This document shows, in pieces, positions 23,809 through 49,285 of a DNA stretch of 64,000 bases. A model generated the notes under the pieces. The model was not told the DNA's origin. It searched no databases and was given only the letters and a program-made list of their open reading frames with translations. How positions within the stretch are numbered: the stretch's first letter is position 1; the number at the start of each line of letters is the position of its first letter. The DNA comes from the human T2T-CHM13v2.0 reference genome, Homo sapiens. The position numbers and the translations under genes were made by a program. The stretch lies in NCBI RefSeq assembly GCF_009914755.1, contig NC_060934.1, one strand, 5' to 3'.

Positions 23809-24779
23809 CTACTGCACCCCTTCCTGAGCGACAGAAAAAGACCCCGGTTCTGGCGGAGAAAAAAGAAAGGAAAGTATAAATTGGACAACATTAAACAAGA
23901 AATTTCTACCACTGGTGCAAGCCTTCCCAAAGTACAAGTAAAAGGAGATGTTTTGGACACGATCCTTTTTGTAAATATGAGACTTATGTTACGGAAAAGG
24001 GTATTGTCCGTGGTTCACTGAAAGTCCTATCATGAGCCACAGAATTGTACTTAGAAATAATTTAGTCCAACCTGCTAAAGTAATGCCGGAAATCTTTCGA
24101 TAAAATCTCACTGGACAGAAAGCAGGCTTAATACCTATCGATTTAGCTCAATCCTTTACAGAGTAATTCAGAACTTTATTACTTATATTTATAGTGGGTA
24201 AGTCAATTTGTCAATACTTTCATCCATCGGTCCAAGCTGTCTAAAATTATGCAAAATAATAATCTCTCAAGAAAACAGCCCTTCTCCTATTAAGTACCTC
24301 TTAAGTCTTCCCCGTTTGACTGAGGCATCAGTGAGGGACCAAAGGAGGGTCCAAAGTCATTACCTCTCCAGTGATAACACCAAACGCCTTTCACATTACA
24401 CTGCAAGTTATCTTTTGTTACCTGACCGTAGGTTCTATTATTTTGCAAACGCTTTATTCCTGTAGTCCACCTAACCTCAGGCCATGAATTTCGCAAGATT
24501 GGCTATGATGCCTTAAAGATGTTTCTCAAAAGGTATTGCTGATCAAAAGCCCAAACGCAAAAGTCCCTCAACGCTAATTAGCATTATTGCTATAATATTG
24601 AAAGTAATTCCACATTATGACCGTGGTTAACTTCCTCTGATCATTTATATACACCATGCTGAGGGTGCAGAGATCCCCCAAGGATAAGTTAATCCAACTA
24701 AACATCGAGAAAAGCCTACGGCGGTTGCAATTTCCTATTATAAAAACATTCCAGTGGCCGAAACTCCTCAACTTAGGGA

Positions 24780-25371
<592 letters not shown>

Positions 25372-26539
25372 CTAAACGCTCCTGCCTTCTCTCTTGACAC
25401 TCCAACCCGTGTCCGAAACCTCCCGGGTTCACACCATTCTCCTGCTTCAGCCTCCCAAGTAGCTGGGACTACAGGCGCCCAGCTTAGTTTGAACACAACC
25501 TTTACACGCTTAGTTTGAACACAACCACATTTGTAGTTGCCCAAAACCAGGCGCCCCTGGTTAGCCTTCAGAATTGTGCACTCCCTGGGAAACAGCCTCT
25601 CCCCTTTTTTTCAGAAAACTTATTGAGAAAATAGAAACTGTCGGATAGGAACTCCTTGATCATGCCACGGCTAAATCTACAAAACTTCTGGCCAGGCATG
25701 GAGGCTCACGCCTGTAATCCCAGCACTTCGGAAGGCTGAGGCGGGAGGATCACGAGGTCAGCAGTTGAGACCAGCCTGGCCAACATGGTGAAACGCCATC
25801 TCTACTAAAAATACAAAAATTAGCCGGGCGTGGTGGCATGCGTCTGTAATCCCAGCTACTCGGGAGGAGGCTGAGGTAGAATAAATTGAACACGGGAGGT
25901 GGAGATTGCAGATCCTGCAACGGCACTCCAGCCTGGGTAGAGCGAGACTCCGTCTCCAAAAAAAAAAATTCTACAAAACTTCTAATATCTGCACCATTCT
26001 TCATAACCTCTTTCCACCTTTTTTCAATAGCAGACAAAGTGTTCTTCTGGTTAAAGGGCAATCGCTCCACTTGCACTTGGCATCCCAGGGCTTCAAGCAT
26101 TCTCAAGGGCATCGCTTCTTCAATTATTCTCTTGTATCATCAGCCTCGCCCTCACTATTGGATTGAGCCTCTAATATGGCCTGGTGTCTCCCATTTTTAA
26201 AAGATGTTTCCTTGCTGGGCACAGTGGTGTGCACCGATTTTTGATATTTATATACTTCTCTCATCTGGAGGCACTGACAAGAACATCCAGAGCCATGTTA
26301 AATATCAGTGGTATAACTGTTATCCTGATTTTTGTTATTCATTTTTTAAATAGATAAAATGCGCCGGGTGCCCGGTGGCTCAGGCCTGTAATCCCAACAC
26401 CTTGGGAGGCCGAGGCGGGTGAATCACTTGAGGTCAGGAGGTCAAGACCAGCCTGGCCAACATGGTGAAACCCAGTCTCTACTAAAAATATAAAAATTAG
26501 CCGGGTGTGGTGGTGCACTCCTGTAATCTCAGCTACTCA

Positions 26540-26635
<96 letters not shown>

Positions 26636-27239
26636 TCAGTCTAAAAGAAAAAAAAAATTGGCAAAAAGTTAATATATTTATCATGTACATGGGCTTTCAA
26701 ATATGTACACACTGGAATGGGAGTTATTCTATTAGTATTTGTCCCTGATATCAACAGCTTTATGACCTACCTTTGCAAGTGATATAACATCACGGTAGTC
26801 ACAGGCCCACTCAGCCAGATTCAAGGGAAGGGGAACACAGTTCCTACCTCTTGATGGGATGAGTGTCAACGACACATAAGAAAAGCATATGGGGCCTGGT
26901 GGCTCACGCCTGTAATCTCATCACTTTGGGAGGCTGAGGCGGAAGGATCATCTGAGGTTAGGAGTTTGAGACCAGCCTGGCCAACATGGCAAAACCCCAT
27001 CTCTACTAAAAATACAAAAATTAGCCAGACATGGTGGCGCATGCCTGTGATCTCAGCTACTTGGGAGGCTGAGACAGGAGAATCGCTTGGACCTGGGAGG
27101 CAGGGGTTACAGTGAGCAAGATTGTGCCACCGCACTCCAGCCTGGGCAACAGCGAGAATCCATCTAAAAAAAAAAATAAAACCATATGAATTGGGATGTG
27201 TTCTGGTCATTGTTGGAAAGTATAAAGGTATACTCTGCC

Positions 27240-27960
<721 letters not shown>

Positions 27961-27979
27961 TTCTGAGATTATTCCTTAG

Positions 27980-28234
<255 letters not shown>

Positions 28235-28403
28235 TAGCCAGGATGGTCTCGATCTCCTGACCTTGTGATCCGCCCGCCTCGACCTCCCAAAGTGCTGGGA
28301 TTACAGGCATGAGCCACCGTGCTTGGCCACTGCCGTATCTTTTTAAATGAAAGTACTTGTGTTTTTTTTGTTTTTTTTCAAAGGATATCTGGGTCATCTA
28401 TGA

Positions 28404-28729
<326 letters not shown>

Positions 28730-29494
28730 TAATTTTTTGAGACAGGGTCTCACTCTGTCACCCAGACTGGAATGCAGTACTGCAATAACAACTCACTGTA
28801 GCCTTGACCTCCCTAGACTCAGTTGATCCTCCTACCTCAGCCTCCCAAGTAGCTGAGACTATAGGTGCACATCACTATGTCCAGGTATATTTTTAAAAGC
28901 AGACACAGGGTCTCACTATGTTGTTTGGGCTGGTCTCAAAATCCTGGGCTCAAGTGATCCTCCCATTTTGGCCTCCCAAAGTGCTGGGATTACAGGCATG
29001 AACCACTACGCCTGGCCTCACTTTCTTTAATTGGCTACACAGATTTTCTGTTTCATCTATGTCAGTCTTGGTTGAATTTTTCAAGGTATTTTTCCATTTC
29101 ATATAAATTGTCAAATTTCTTTTTTTTGTTGTTTTTTTTGTGTTTGTTTTTTTGAGACAGGTTCTGGCTCTATTATCTAGGCTGGAGTGCAGCCTAATCT
29201 CAGCTCACTGCAACTTTCCCCTCCCAGGATCAAGCCATCCTCCCACCTCAGCCTCCCAGGTAGTTGGGACCACAGGCGTGCGCGAACACACCCAGCTAAT
29301 TTTTGTATTTTTTGTAGAGATGGCGTTTAGCCATATTGGCCAGGCTGTACTCCAACTCCTGAGCTCAAGCTGCCCACCCACCTTGGCCTCCCAAAATTCT
29401 GGGATTACAGGTATAAGCCACCACACACGCCTGGCCCTTAATATCTTTTAAACATCTGTAGGATCCACAATGATGTCCTCTTTCTCATTCTTGA

Positions 29495-30783
<1,289 letters not shown>

Positions 30784-31234
30784 TGACCTTGTGATCCGCC
30801 CACCTCAGCCTCCCAAAGTGCTGGGAATACAGTAGTGAGCCACCGTGCCTGGCCTGGTCTTGATCTCTTGACCTCGAGATTCGCCCACCTCAGCCTCCCA
30901 AAGTGCTGGGATTATAGGCATGAGCCACCATGCCCCACCGCCTTTGTCTATTTCTTTGACTCCATCTGTTGCTACTCCTTCACGCACAATACTTCAGTCA
31001 CACCAGCCTTTCGGCAATTCCATTGTCAAACCAAACTTTTTCCTGTTTCAGGGTTTTTGTGCTTGGCGTTCTCTTCACCTGGGCCAGTCTTTCCCCTGAA
31101 CTCTTTGCATGGCTGTTTCCTTTTCATCCTCCATGTGTCTGTTGAATGTACATATAGCACATCAAAGAAACCTTTCCTTGACCATTCTCAAGTAGCTTAT
31201 TTACTGTTTTCATAAGCACTTTCCACAAGCTGTA

Positions 31235-36666
<5,432 letters not shown>

Positions 36667-36823
36667 TTAGTTGAGGTGAAAAAACTGCTTCATAAGTTCG
36701 TATGTTGTAAAAGCCACTGCTTGAGAGGGAATACAGCGAATGTAATTAAGAGATAAACCACGATAGAGTCCTTTTCGAATTCCATGGTGTCCATAGACAT
36801 ACTTCATAGTATCCCGCATGGTA
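36667..36823 (-). CDS. SLC25A16: SLC25A16 last coding exon (exon 9), TMRDTMKYVYGHHGIRKGLYRGLSLNYIRCIPSQAVAFTTYELMKQFFHLN*
   Basis: Acceptor gtctttcag|; TAA at 36669-36667; GLYRG carrier motif. Confidence 0.96.
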
Positions 36824-37073
36824 CTGAAAGACAATGATTAAATGATGACCTCTATGCCCACTCATGAAGAAACAATTTCAGGATCCATAATATCAATTTT
36901 GTTTTTTTGAGATGGACTCTTGCTCTGTCACCCAGATGGGAGTGTGGATTGCAGTGGCATGATCTTGGCTCACTGCAGCCTCTGCCTCCCAGGTTCAAGT
37001 GATTCTCCTGCTTCAGTCTCCTGAGTAGCTGGGATTACAGGCACGCGCCACCATGCCCAGCTAATTTTTGTAA

Positions 37074-37223
<150 letters not shown>

Positions 37224-38107
37224 TAAATGCCATCTTGAATAGCTTTAGAAAGACAAATGTTTTAACAAGTGAAAATTTTTTCATAATAAAAAGGCAAGTC
37301 ATTCTAAACAAGTACAAGCATTATGCATCAAATTTCAGGACTCATTAGTACAACATATTTTGTTTGTACTATGTCTATGACATTTACTGGACAACAACTA
37401 TTTCATACTTATATTTGAAATACTAATGCAATCCTTTTAAAGGATGTATATCCAGTTGCCCTTTAAGCCTTTATTATAGCTCAAGTTGTATAGTATCAAC
37501 AGCAGGTGGTTATAGAACTAAAGCTTGAAGGACTATCTTTCAGATTTCAGCAATGAACACTTTCCTGTTTCAGAGTTGTTCCTTTCCTTTCAAACCAATA
37601 ATTTGGGCTTGGGCTTTCCCTTTCAATAGGCAATCTGGACCGAAATCTTTTCAAAAATCTTTTTTTTTTTTTTTTTTTAAGAGACAGGTTCTCACTCTGT
37701 TGCCTAGGCTGGAGTGCAGTGGCAATCATAGCTCACAACAGCCTCCAACTCCTGGGCACAAGCAATCCTCCCACCTCAGCCTCTTCAGTAGCTGAGACTA
37801 CAGGCACACACCACCATGCCTCACTAAATTTTTTGTTTGTTTGTTTTTAGTTAAAAAAAATTTTTTTAGAGCCAAGGTCTTACAATGTTTTCCAAGCTGA
37901 TCTCAAACTCCTGGCCTCAAGTGAACCTCCCACCTCAGCCTCTCAAGTAGCTGGATACAACAAGCACAGGGTAATGCTCCCAGCCCAAAAAATCTTTTGG
38001 GTGAACACGGCAATCCAAATTCATGAACAAATGTTCTGCTCTTCCCCTGAGAGACAACATATCACCAATCAAATGGAATGGTTCTAAATTACTATAAAGA
38101 AAACTCT

Positions 38108-38300
38108 GGAGCTGTGCTATACAATCACAGCAGCCACTAGCCACATATGGCTATTAAGCACTTGAAATGTGGCAGTCCAAATCAAGACGTGCTGTGAGTG
38201 TAAAATACACCCTGGATTTCAAATAGTTTGTATTTAAAAAAAAGAAACAAAATAATGAAATGTTGAGGTGATAAAAGTTTAGGTTAAACAAAAAATATTT
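38108..38300. mobile_element. MER3/MER33-like hAT fossil
   Basis: AGCCACTAGCCACAT.TGGCTATT.AGCACTTGAAATGTGGC...GTGTAAAATACAC.CTGGATTTC. Confidence 0.7.
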
Positions 38301-38304
38301 TTAA

Positions 38305-38505
<201 letters not shown>

Positions 38506-39027
38506 TAGTAGAGATGGGGTTTCACCATGTTGACCAGGATGGTCTTGATCTCCTGACCTTGTGATCCTCCCGCGTCAGCCTCCCAAAGTGCTGGGATTAC
38601 AGGTGTGAGCCACCGCGTCCCAGCCCTTTTTCTTTTTTAGACAGAGTCTCGCTCTGTCGCCCAGGCTGGAGTGCAGTGGCATGATCTTGGCTAACTGCAA
38701 CCTCCGCCTCCCAGGTTCAAGCAATTCCCTGCCTCAGCCTCCTGAGTAGCTGGTATGACAGGCACCTGCCACCAGCCCAGCTAATTTTTTTTGTATTTTT
38801 AGTAGAGACAGGTTTCACCATCTTGGCCAGGTTGGTCTTGAACTCCTGACCTCATGATCCACCCACCTCTGCCTCCCAAAGTGCTGGGATTATAGGCGTG
38901 AGCCACTGCGACAGGCCTTTTTTGTTTTTTTCAGAGTCTCACTCTGTCACCTAGGCTGGAGTACAGTGGCGCCATCTCAGCTCTTTGCCTCCTGGGTTCA
39001 AGCAATTATCGTGCCTCAGCCTCCTAA

Positions 39028-39524
<497 letters not shown>

Positions 39525-40378
39525 TCACTGTGTTGCCTGGGCTGGTCTTGGACTCCTGAGCTCAAGTGATCCTCCCACCTTGGCCCCCCAAATTGCTCGG
39601 ATTACAGGCATGAGCTACCACAACTAGCCTAAATTTAATATTTTCTTTGTTTTTTTTAGTTTGTTTTTGTTTTTTTTATTGAGATGGAGTCTCACTCTGT
39701 CGCCAAATTGGCTCACTGCAACCTCCACCTCCCTAGTAGATGGGATTACAGGCGCCCGACACCACATCTGGCTAATTTTTGTATTTTTAGTACAGATGGG
39801 GTTTCATCATGTTGGCCAGGCTGGTCTCAAACTCCTGACCTCAGGTGATACGCCCTCCTCGGATTCCCAAAGTGCTAGGATTACAGGCACGAGCTATCGT
39901 GCCTGGCCCTAAATTAAATTTTTAACAGGAGGATTAGAACCTGATTATAGACCAGGCAGGCAGGCAGATCACTTGAGGTCAGGAGTTCAAGACTAGCCTG
40001 GCCAACATGGTGAAACCTTATTTCTACTAAAAATACAAAAAATTAGCCAGTCATGGTGGTGGGTGTCTGTAATCCCAGCTGCTTGGAAGACCGAGGCAAA
40101 AGAATCACTTGAACCCAGGAGGCGGAGGTTACAGTTAGCCAAGACCATGCCACTGCACTCCAGCCCGGGTGACAGAGTAAGACTGCATCTCAAAAAAAAA
40201 AAAAAAAAAAAAAAAAAGAACCTGATTGCCTGATTGTAATCTTATAAAGTTACCAAAATAAACTTCGGGAGATAAAACGGAAGATACAGACTATTGGTCA
40301 AACTAGAGTCCTATCTCCTTACTGAGTTTAATGTTACATTTCCTAAAGAAAATGAACAATGACATATGATGAACTTAC

Positions 40379-40447
40379 AGGCACTTTTCAAATTCCGGCA
40401 GAACAGTTCCTAATTGCATTCGCCGACGAGTCACATCAAATGGGTAG
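40379..40447 (-). CDS. SLC25A16: SLC25A16 exon 8 (69 nt), YPFDVTRRRMQLGTVLPEFEKCL
   Basis: Acceptor cttttag|, donor CT|GTAAGT; third Px[D/E]xx[K/R] carrier signature. Confidence 0.96.
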
Positions 40448-40764
40448 CTAAAAGAAGAAAAAGGCATAAAGAATTAAAAATTTTTGGTTTTCTACTCAAC
40501 AACTATTGAATACAAAGCCCTATAAATTCAAAGAAATAACGTGTTACTGCTCTTATTGTTCTGTCTAACCTAGGAGTCGGGATATAGGCATATGAATAAA
40601 ATCAATTAACAATACAGAAGTCTTTGCTTATGTGATCCCTCTGATTAGAGGATTCTTCTCTCCCATCACCGTAATATCAAGTTCTGTTCATTCCTAAAGG
40701 TCAAATTAAATGCCAGTTCCTGAAGAAACAAACTGGTTGCTTTTCATTGTTGAACACTAATATA

Positions 40765-40972
40765 CAGTTTCCAACACTGGCACTACTGACATTTTCGGTT
40801 GGATCATCCTTTGTTGTGGGGAACTGTCCTGTGCACTAGAGATGTTTAAGCACATCCCTGACCTCTTCCCACTAGATGCCAGTAGCACTCTCCCAGCTGT
40901 GACAACCAAAAATGTCTCCAGACATTAACAAATGTCCACTGGTGGTAAAATCAACCCCAGTAGAGAACTGCT
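40765..40972 (+). mobile_element. MER20 (hAT-Charlie)
   Basis: GGCACTA.TGACATTT...CTGTCCTGTGCA.T...CCCACTAGATGCCAGTAGCAC...GTGACAACCAAAAATGTCTCCAGACATT. Confidence 0.85.
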
Positions 40973-41701
40973 CTAATGCTATGCAGCAAGTCCCCTTGAA
41001 TACAGTAGACCAATACAAAATTTTCCATAAGGGCTAAAACTAATAATACAGATAACTGCCTGAAATTAAATACACAATATACAAATGCAATCTCTCTTTT
41101 TTTTTTGAGATGGAGTCTCACTCTGTCGCCCAGGCTGGAGTGCAGTGACGCAATCTTGGCTCACTGCAACCTCCACCTCCCAGGTTCAAGCAATTCTCTG
41201 CCTCAACCTCCCGAGTAGCTGGGATTACAGGTGGCTGCCACCACACCCGGCTAATTTTTGTGTTTTTAGTAAAGACGGGTTTTCACCATGTTGGCCAGAT
41301 GGTCTCAATCTCTTGACCTTGTGATCCACCCGCCTAAGCCTCCCAAACTGCTGGGATTACAGACGTGAGTCACCGCGCCCACCCTCTTTCTTTTTTTCTT
41401 AGGGGCAAGGTCTCACTATGTCTCCCAGACTGGCCTCAAACTCCTGGGCTCAAGCAATCCTCCTGCCACAGTCTCCCAAGTAGCTGGGACAATAGGCAGC
41501 ACTACTGCATCCAAACATGTAATTATTTATAATATGCTTAAAGTGCACACACATCTGAAAAAATGTATTAAATTGAGACCTATATTTTGCAAGGATCCTC
41601 TTTTTGAATAATCTATTAGAAAAAATAAATGATTAAACAATGCTGAAAATCAGGACTGGGTAACTATAATTTGATTAAATTAAGTTAGTGAAGAAACTTA
41701 C

Positions 41702-41864
41702 GATATTGTCTGCGCTATTGCTCCAGCAACACCACCACAAAGTAAGTTTACATGAGTTTTCAAAACTAAGACATTAGGATTGTCTGATGAAGGTCTGCCA
41801 AGAAGGGTAGGAGCATGGGAAAGCCCAACACTCTTCAAGGTACCAAAAGTAAAAAATGAAACAC
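41702..41864 (-). CDS. SLC25A16: SLC25A16 exon 7 (163 nt), VSFFTFGTLKSVGLSHAPTLLGRPSSDNPNVLVLKTHVNLLCGGVAGAIAQTIS
   Basis: Acceptor gtttttcag|, donor TC|GTAAGT; open frame; GGxAG helix motif. Confidence 0.96.
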
Positions 41865-42343
41865 CTGAAAAACAAAAAATAAATTCACCATGATGCTTAA
41901 CATAACATGAGCTGTGAAAAAGACACCATTCTTAAATAATAAACACATTTCCTAATTTCTGGTGTTTGGCTTAATTTAAAATAGAAAGATTTGTGTACAT
42001 AAATAACCTAAAGATGACAAAATTACCACCAATAAAAAATTATAGCTTTGGTTTTCATGCACCACTGAAGTTTACTGCACTGAAGGAGGCTATAGTGAAT
42101 ATAATGCCACTTTATATGTGGAAAAAAAACAAAGTTTTCCAAGGTTTCACATGAGAAAAATTAAACTCATGATTATTAATTACAAGGAAATGTGACAACT
42201 TAACATTTAAAATAACAATGATGGCCGGGCGTGGTGGCTCACACCTGTAATCCCAACAATTTGGGAGGCTGAGGTGGGCGGATTACCTGAGGTCAGGCGT
42301 TCGAGATCAGCCTGACAAACATAGAGAAATCCCATCTCTACTA

Positions 42344-42502
<159 letters not shown>

Positions 42503-43562
42503 TCAAACACAAAACAAAACAAAACAAAAAAACAGTGATGGTGATAATGTAAGATACAGGCAAAAATTAAGAAGTGAAAAAGCATTTTTATTTTAACTAA
42601 GTGTCTAAGTTTGTCTTCAAGGAAGAATTGTGACCATGAGAGAAGCGTTTATGTTAATTCACAAAACACGTAGAATCTGATAAAAATAGTATGCAGGTAG
42701 TGCTTGTTAAACATTACATGATACTAGAACCATTAAGGTTGTTTATTAATAAAATTAAGAATGAAATTCAGGGAGGGAAAAAAGTAAATAAATATGAAAT
42801 TCAAGCGTTCCTCCCAACTAAGCATTACTCAAGATATTGTGATGTTTATTGAATTGGCCAGGCGCGGTGGCTTATGCCTGTAATCCCAGCACTTTGGGAG
42901 GCTGAGGCAGGCAGATCACAAGGTCAGGAGTTTGAGACCATCCTGGCCAACATGGTGAAACCCTGTCTCTACAAAAAATACAAATATTAGCTGGGTGTGG
43001 TGGTGCGCGCCTGTAGTCTCAGCTACTCAGGAGGCTGAGGCAAGAGAATTGCTTGAACCCGGGAGGCGGAGGATGCAGTGATCTGAGATGGCAACACTGC
43101 ACTCTAGCCTGGCAACAGAGCGAGACTCTGTCTCAAAAAAAAAAAAAAAAAAGGAAGAAAGATTCATAAGGGATTTCTCTTACCAAATATAAAGACTCAT
43201 TATGAAACTGCCGTAGCCCATGTGGCAGCTCACACTTGTAATCCTAACACTTATGGAGGCTAAGGTGGGAGGATTGCTCAAGCTCAGGAGTTTGAGACCA
43301 GCCTGGGTAATATAGTGAGAACTCATCACTACAAAAAATGTTTTAAAGGAGGTAGATGCAGTGTTACGTGTCTGCAGTCCCAGTTACTCAGGCAGCTGAC
43401 GTGGGAGGATAACCTGAGCTGAGGGAGGTCAAGGCTGCAGTGAGCCACAATTGCACCACTGCACTCAGCTATGATTGCACCACTGCACTCCAGCCTGGGC
43501 AACACAGCGAGACTCTATGTCAAAGAAACAAACTCTGCACTAATATTATTTTTTTAAGATGA

Positions 43563-43940
<378 letters not shown>

Positions 43941-44100
43941 TAACAAAGAAAACAAATACTTCCAGACAGATTAGTGGCATATATATAAAATGCTAAACGT
44001 TAAAAATCATTCTCAGAAGAAAATTTTTTTGACACAATAAAGACTATCCATAAAAGAATAGATTGATGCATTCGACTACCTTAAAATTTGAATTTCTTAA

Positions 44101-44235
<135 letters not shown>

Positions 44236-44427
44236 TAACTCAGCTTCTCAAGTAGCTGGGACCACCAAGCCTGGCTAATTTTAGAAAATTATTTGTAGAG
44301 ACAAATTCTCCCCATGCTGCCAAGGCTGGTCTCAAATTCCTAGGCTCAAGTAATCCTCCTGCCTCAGCCTCCCAAAGTGCTGGGATTATAGGTGTGAGCC
44401 ACCATGCCTGGCCACACCACATTTTAG

Positions 44428-45658
<1,231 letters not shown>

Positions 45659-45687
45659 TAACTGTATGTAAATCCACAATTACCTCA

Positions 45688-45915
<228 letters not shown>

Positions 45916-46366
45916 TCAAAAAACAAAAAAAAACAGGACTGTAAACAAGGTAATAAATGGAGATTAGAGAACTATAGGTATCCTTATTTTTCTTCTTTCT
46001 ACTTTTCTATATTTTCAAAATTTGCCATGTCTTCATTATTTATAATGAGACAAAAACCACTTTTCAACTCCTATTTTTAATTAACATGCTCATAAAACCT
46101 AAATGTTTAACATCATCTAACGTAAGTGTGTGTTAACAAGACTACAGCTGGCTCAGATATTAAGAAAAAGATGTAAAGTACTTCTCCAATTATACACGAA
46201 TAGTCATCTTTATATCCAAGATATTATTATGTGACCATCCATAAATCATTTCTTATTAAAAGTACTTAACAGATAACATCTTTTTATATTACCATTTCAG
46301 AAAAAAAAAAAAAAGGTAACAAATTTTAAACATGCATATTAGGATTCTGGCAAATTTGAAACATAC

Positions 46367-46433
46367 CTGCATATGGAGCCATTCCTAAAATAGTAGGCAT
46401 CAGACCTCTGTAAAATCCAAAGAAACCACCTTC
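46367..46433 (-). CDS. SLC25A16: SLC25A16 exon 6 (67 nt), EGGFFGFYRGLMPTILGMAPYAG
   Basis: Acceptor ttccttcactcaaaag|, donor CAG|GTATGT; EG..GFYRG motif. Confidence 0.95.
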
Positions 46434-46683
46434 CTTTTGAGTGAAGGAAAATTGCAAGTGAGATTACATTGTGCTCATTATCATAAACATCAAAGAAAAA
46501 ATCACACTTTATAACAGAAAAATTATTCAGGGATCCACCCTGAAACACAAAGATGTGTTTTCGTAATTATTGTTATTAACATCAATAATTATAAGTAAAA
46601 GAATAATTACTTATATGACATTCAAAATATTTTCCTAAGTATAAAAGGGCATGTTATAGATGAGGAAGGTAAATATGAAATAC

Positions 46684-46805
46684 CTTTGCATAAATTGTTT
46701 TGAAAGCATGAATAATTCCTGTATAGCTGTGTTCCCCTTTCACCTGGAATGCTAGGCGGACCCTAACCATGTCAAGAGGGTAAGTACAGATAACTGCTGT
46801 CATAC
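46684..46805 (-). CDS. SLC25A16: SLC25A16 exon 5 (122 nt), MTAVICTYPLDMVRVRLAFQVKGEHSYTGIIHAFKTIYAK
   Basis: Acceptor ttcttttcag|, donor AAG|GTATTT; second PLDxxR signature. Confidence 0.96.
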
Positions 46806-47141
46806 CTGAAAAGAAAGTAGAAATTTAGAGGTACAATGAATTTTTGATATATACATATATTCCCCTATCATTAGTATTATTCTCAATATTATGGCAATGG
46901 TGAAAACCCAATAAAATCAAAGGTGATATTACTGACAGAATTATACCATATCATTAGATGGAAAACAACCTAGTAAGTGAAGGGTCAGTTTGTAAAAAAT
47001 GTTTTCAAGTTCTTCTCACTGTGAAGTTATACTGTTAGCACCAAAATGGTACAGTGTACAGTGTAAGGGAATCATGAGATTTTTTTAAAAAAAATTATTC
47101 TACTATTTATGTATTCCCAGTTAAGATATCAGAAAGGAAAC

Positions 47142-47335
47142 ACAGTAGGCTCTCCTGATCCATTGTTTCCACATCCATGGATTGAAGCAACCATGGACGG
47201 AAAATGTAGTGAGGTCTACAATGGTTGCATCTGTAATGACCATGTACAGATTTTTTGGTCACTATTTCCTAAACCATATACTATAACAGGTATTTACATA
47301 GCATTTACATTATATTAGGTATTATAAGTAATCTA
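47142..47335. mobile_element. MER2-like Tigger fragment
   Basis: TATTTACATAGCATTTACATT.TATTAGGTATTATAAGTAATCTA motif. Confidence 0.75.
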
Positions 47336-47488
47336 CACCCAGCCCAACTCCATCTATTTCTTAATTCCTTTTCCCATGTTCCGAGTTTTCTGGTTACTGG
47401 CTGAAGGTGGTTTAATAGGCCAGGCGTGGTGGCTCACGCCTGTAATCCCAGCACTTTGGGAGGCCGAGGCAGGTGGATTATGAGGTCA

Positions 47489-47812
<324 letters not shown>

Positions 47813-48356
47813 TTAATAGAAAATCACTGTGGGAGCTAGGCATGCTCACGCCTGTAGTCCCAACACTTTGGGAGGCTGAGGTGGACAGATCACCTGAGGT
47901 CAGGAGTTCGAGACCAGCCTGGCCAACATGGTGAAACCCCATCTCTACTAAAAATAAAAAAATTAGCTGGGCCTGGTGGCACGCGCCTGTAGTCCCAGCT
48001 ACTTGGGAGGCTGAGGCAAGAGAATCACTTGAACCCTCAGGAGGCGGAGGTTGCAGTGAGCCGAGATAGTGCCACTGCACTCCAGCCCGGGCGACAAGAG
48101 TAAAACTGCATCTAAAAAAAAAAAAAAAGTAAAAAGAAAAGAAAACAAAATCACTGTGGGAGTTAATGTAGTGGTTAAATAATGAATTGGTAGGAAACAA
48201 GAGTACCCAGAAATTTGTAAAGGTAAAGGAGGTGTGTGAGTACCATGGCTCACTCCTTTTAATCCCAGCACTTTGGGAGGCTGAGGTGAACAGATCGCTT
48301 GAGCCCAAAAGTTTGAGAACAGCCTAGGCAACATAGCAAAACTTCGTATTTATTTA

Positions 48357-48647
<291 letters not shown>

Positions 48648-48735
48648 TCAAAAAATAATAATAATAAACTATTAACTTTTGACTTATAATCAAAATTGAC
48701 CAAAATGGTCAAAAGTTAAAAGAGTATATACTCTA

Positions 48736-48909
<174 letters not shown>

Positions 48910-49059
48910 TCAGAAGGCTGAGGCAGGGAATCCTTGAACCCGGGAGGCAGAGATTGCAGTGAGCCGAGATCATGCCACTGCACTCCAGTCTGGGCAACAG
49001 AGTTAGACTATGTCTCAAAAAAAAAAAAAAAAAAAAAAAGAGAAAAGAGTATAAACCGT

Positions 49060-49285
49060 AGAGTGCACCTCCTTGTTTCAAATTAGACTCTACTACTAAC
49101 TAGATATATGACCCTGATCAAGTTACTTAACCTGGGTTTCAATCCTGTTATCTGTCAAATGAGTATCATAATAAGTGGGTACCCAAATCAGGGTTTTGTA
49201 AAGATTAGGTGAGCTAACATATGTAAATGCTTAAAATAATTCCTGGTACACAGTAAAGGTTATATATGTGTTAGCTATTATTCTC
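49060..49285 (+). mobile_element. MIR
   Basis: TGACC.TG..CAAGTTACTTAACCT...TCTGT.AAATG...CCTGG.ACACAGTAA. Confidence 0.7.

Noticed and set aside
26110-26125. ATCGCTTCT resembling the U2 snRNA 5' end
   Set aside because: The match stops after 9 nt; chance.
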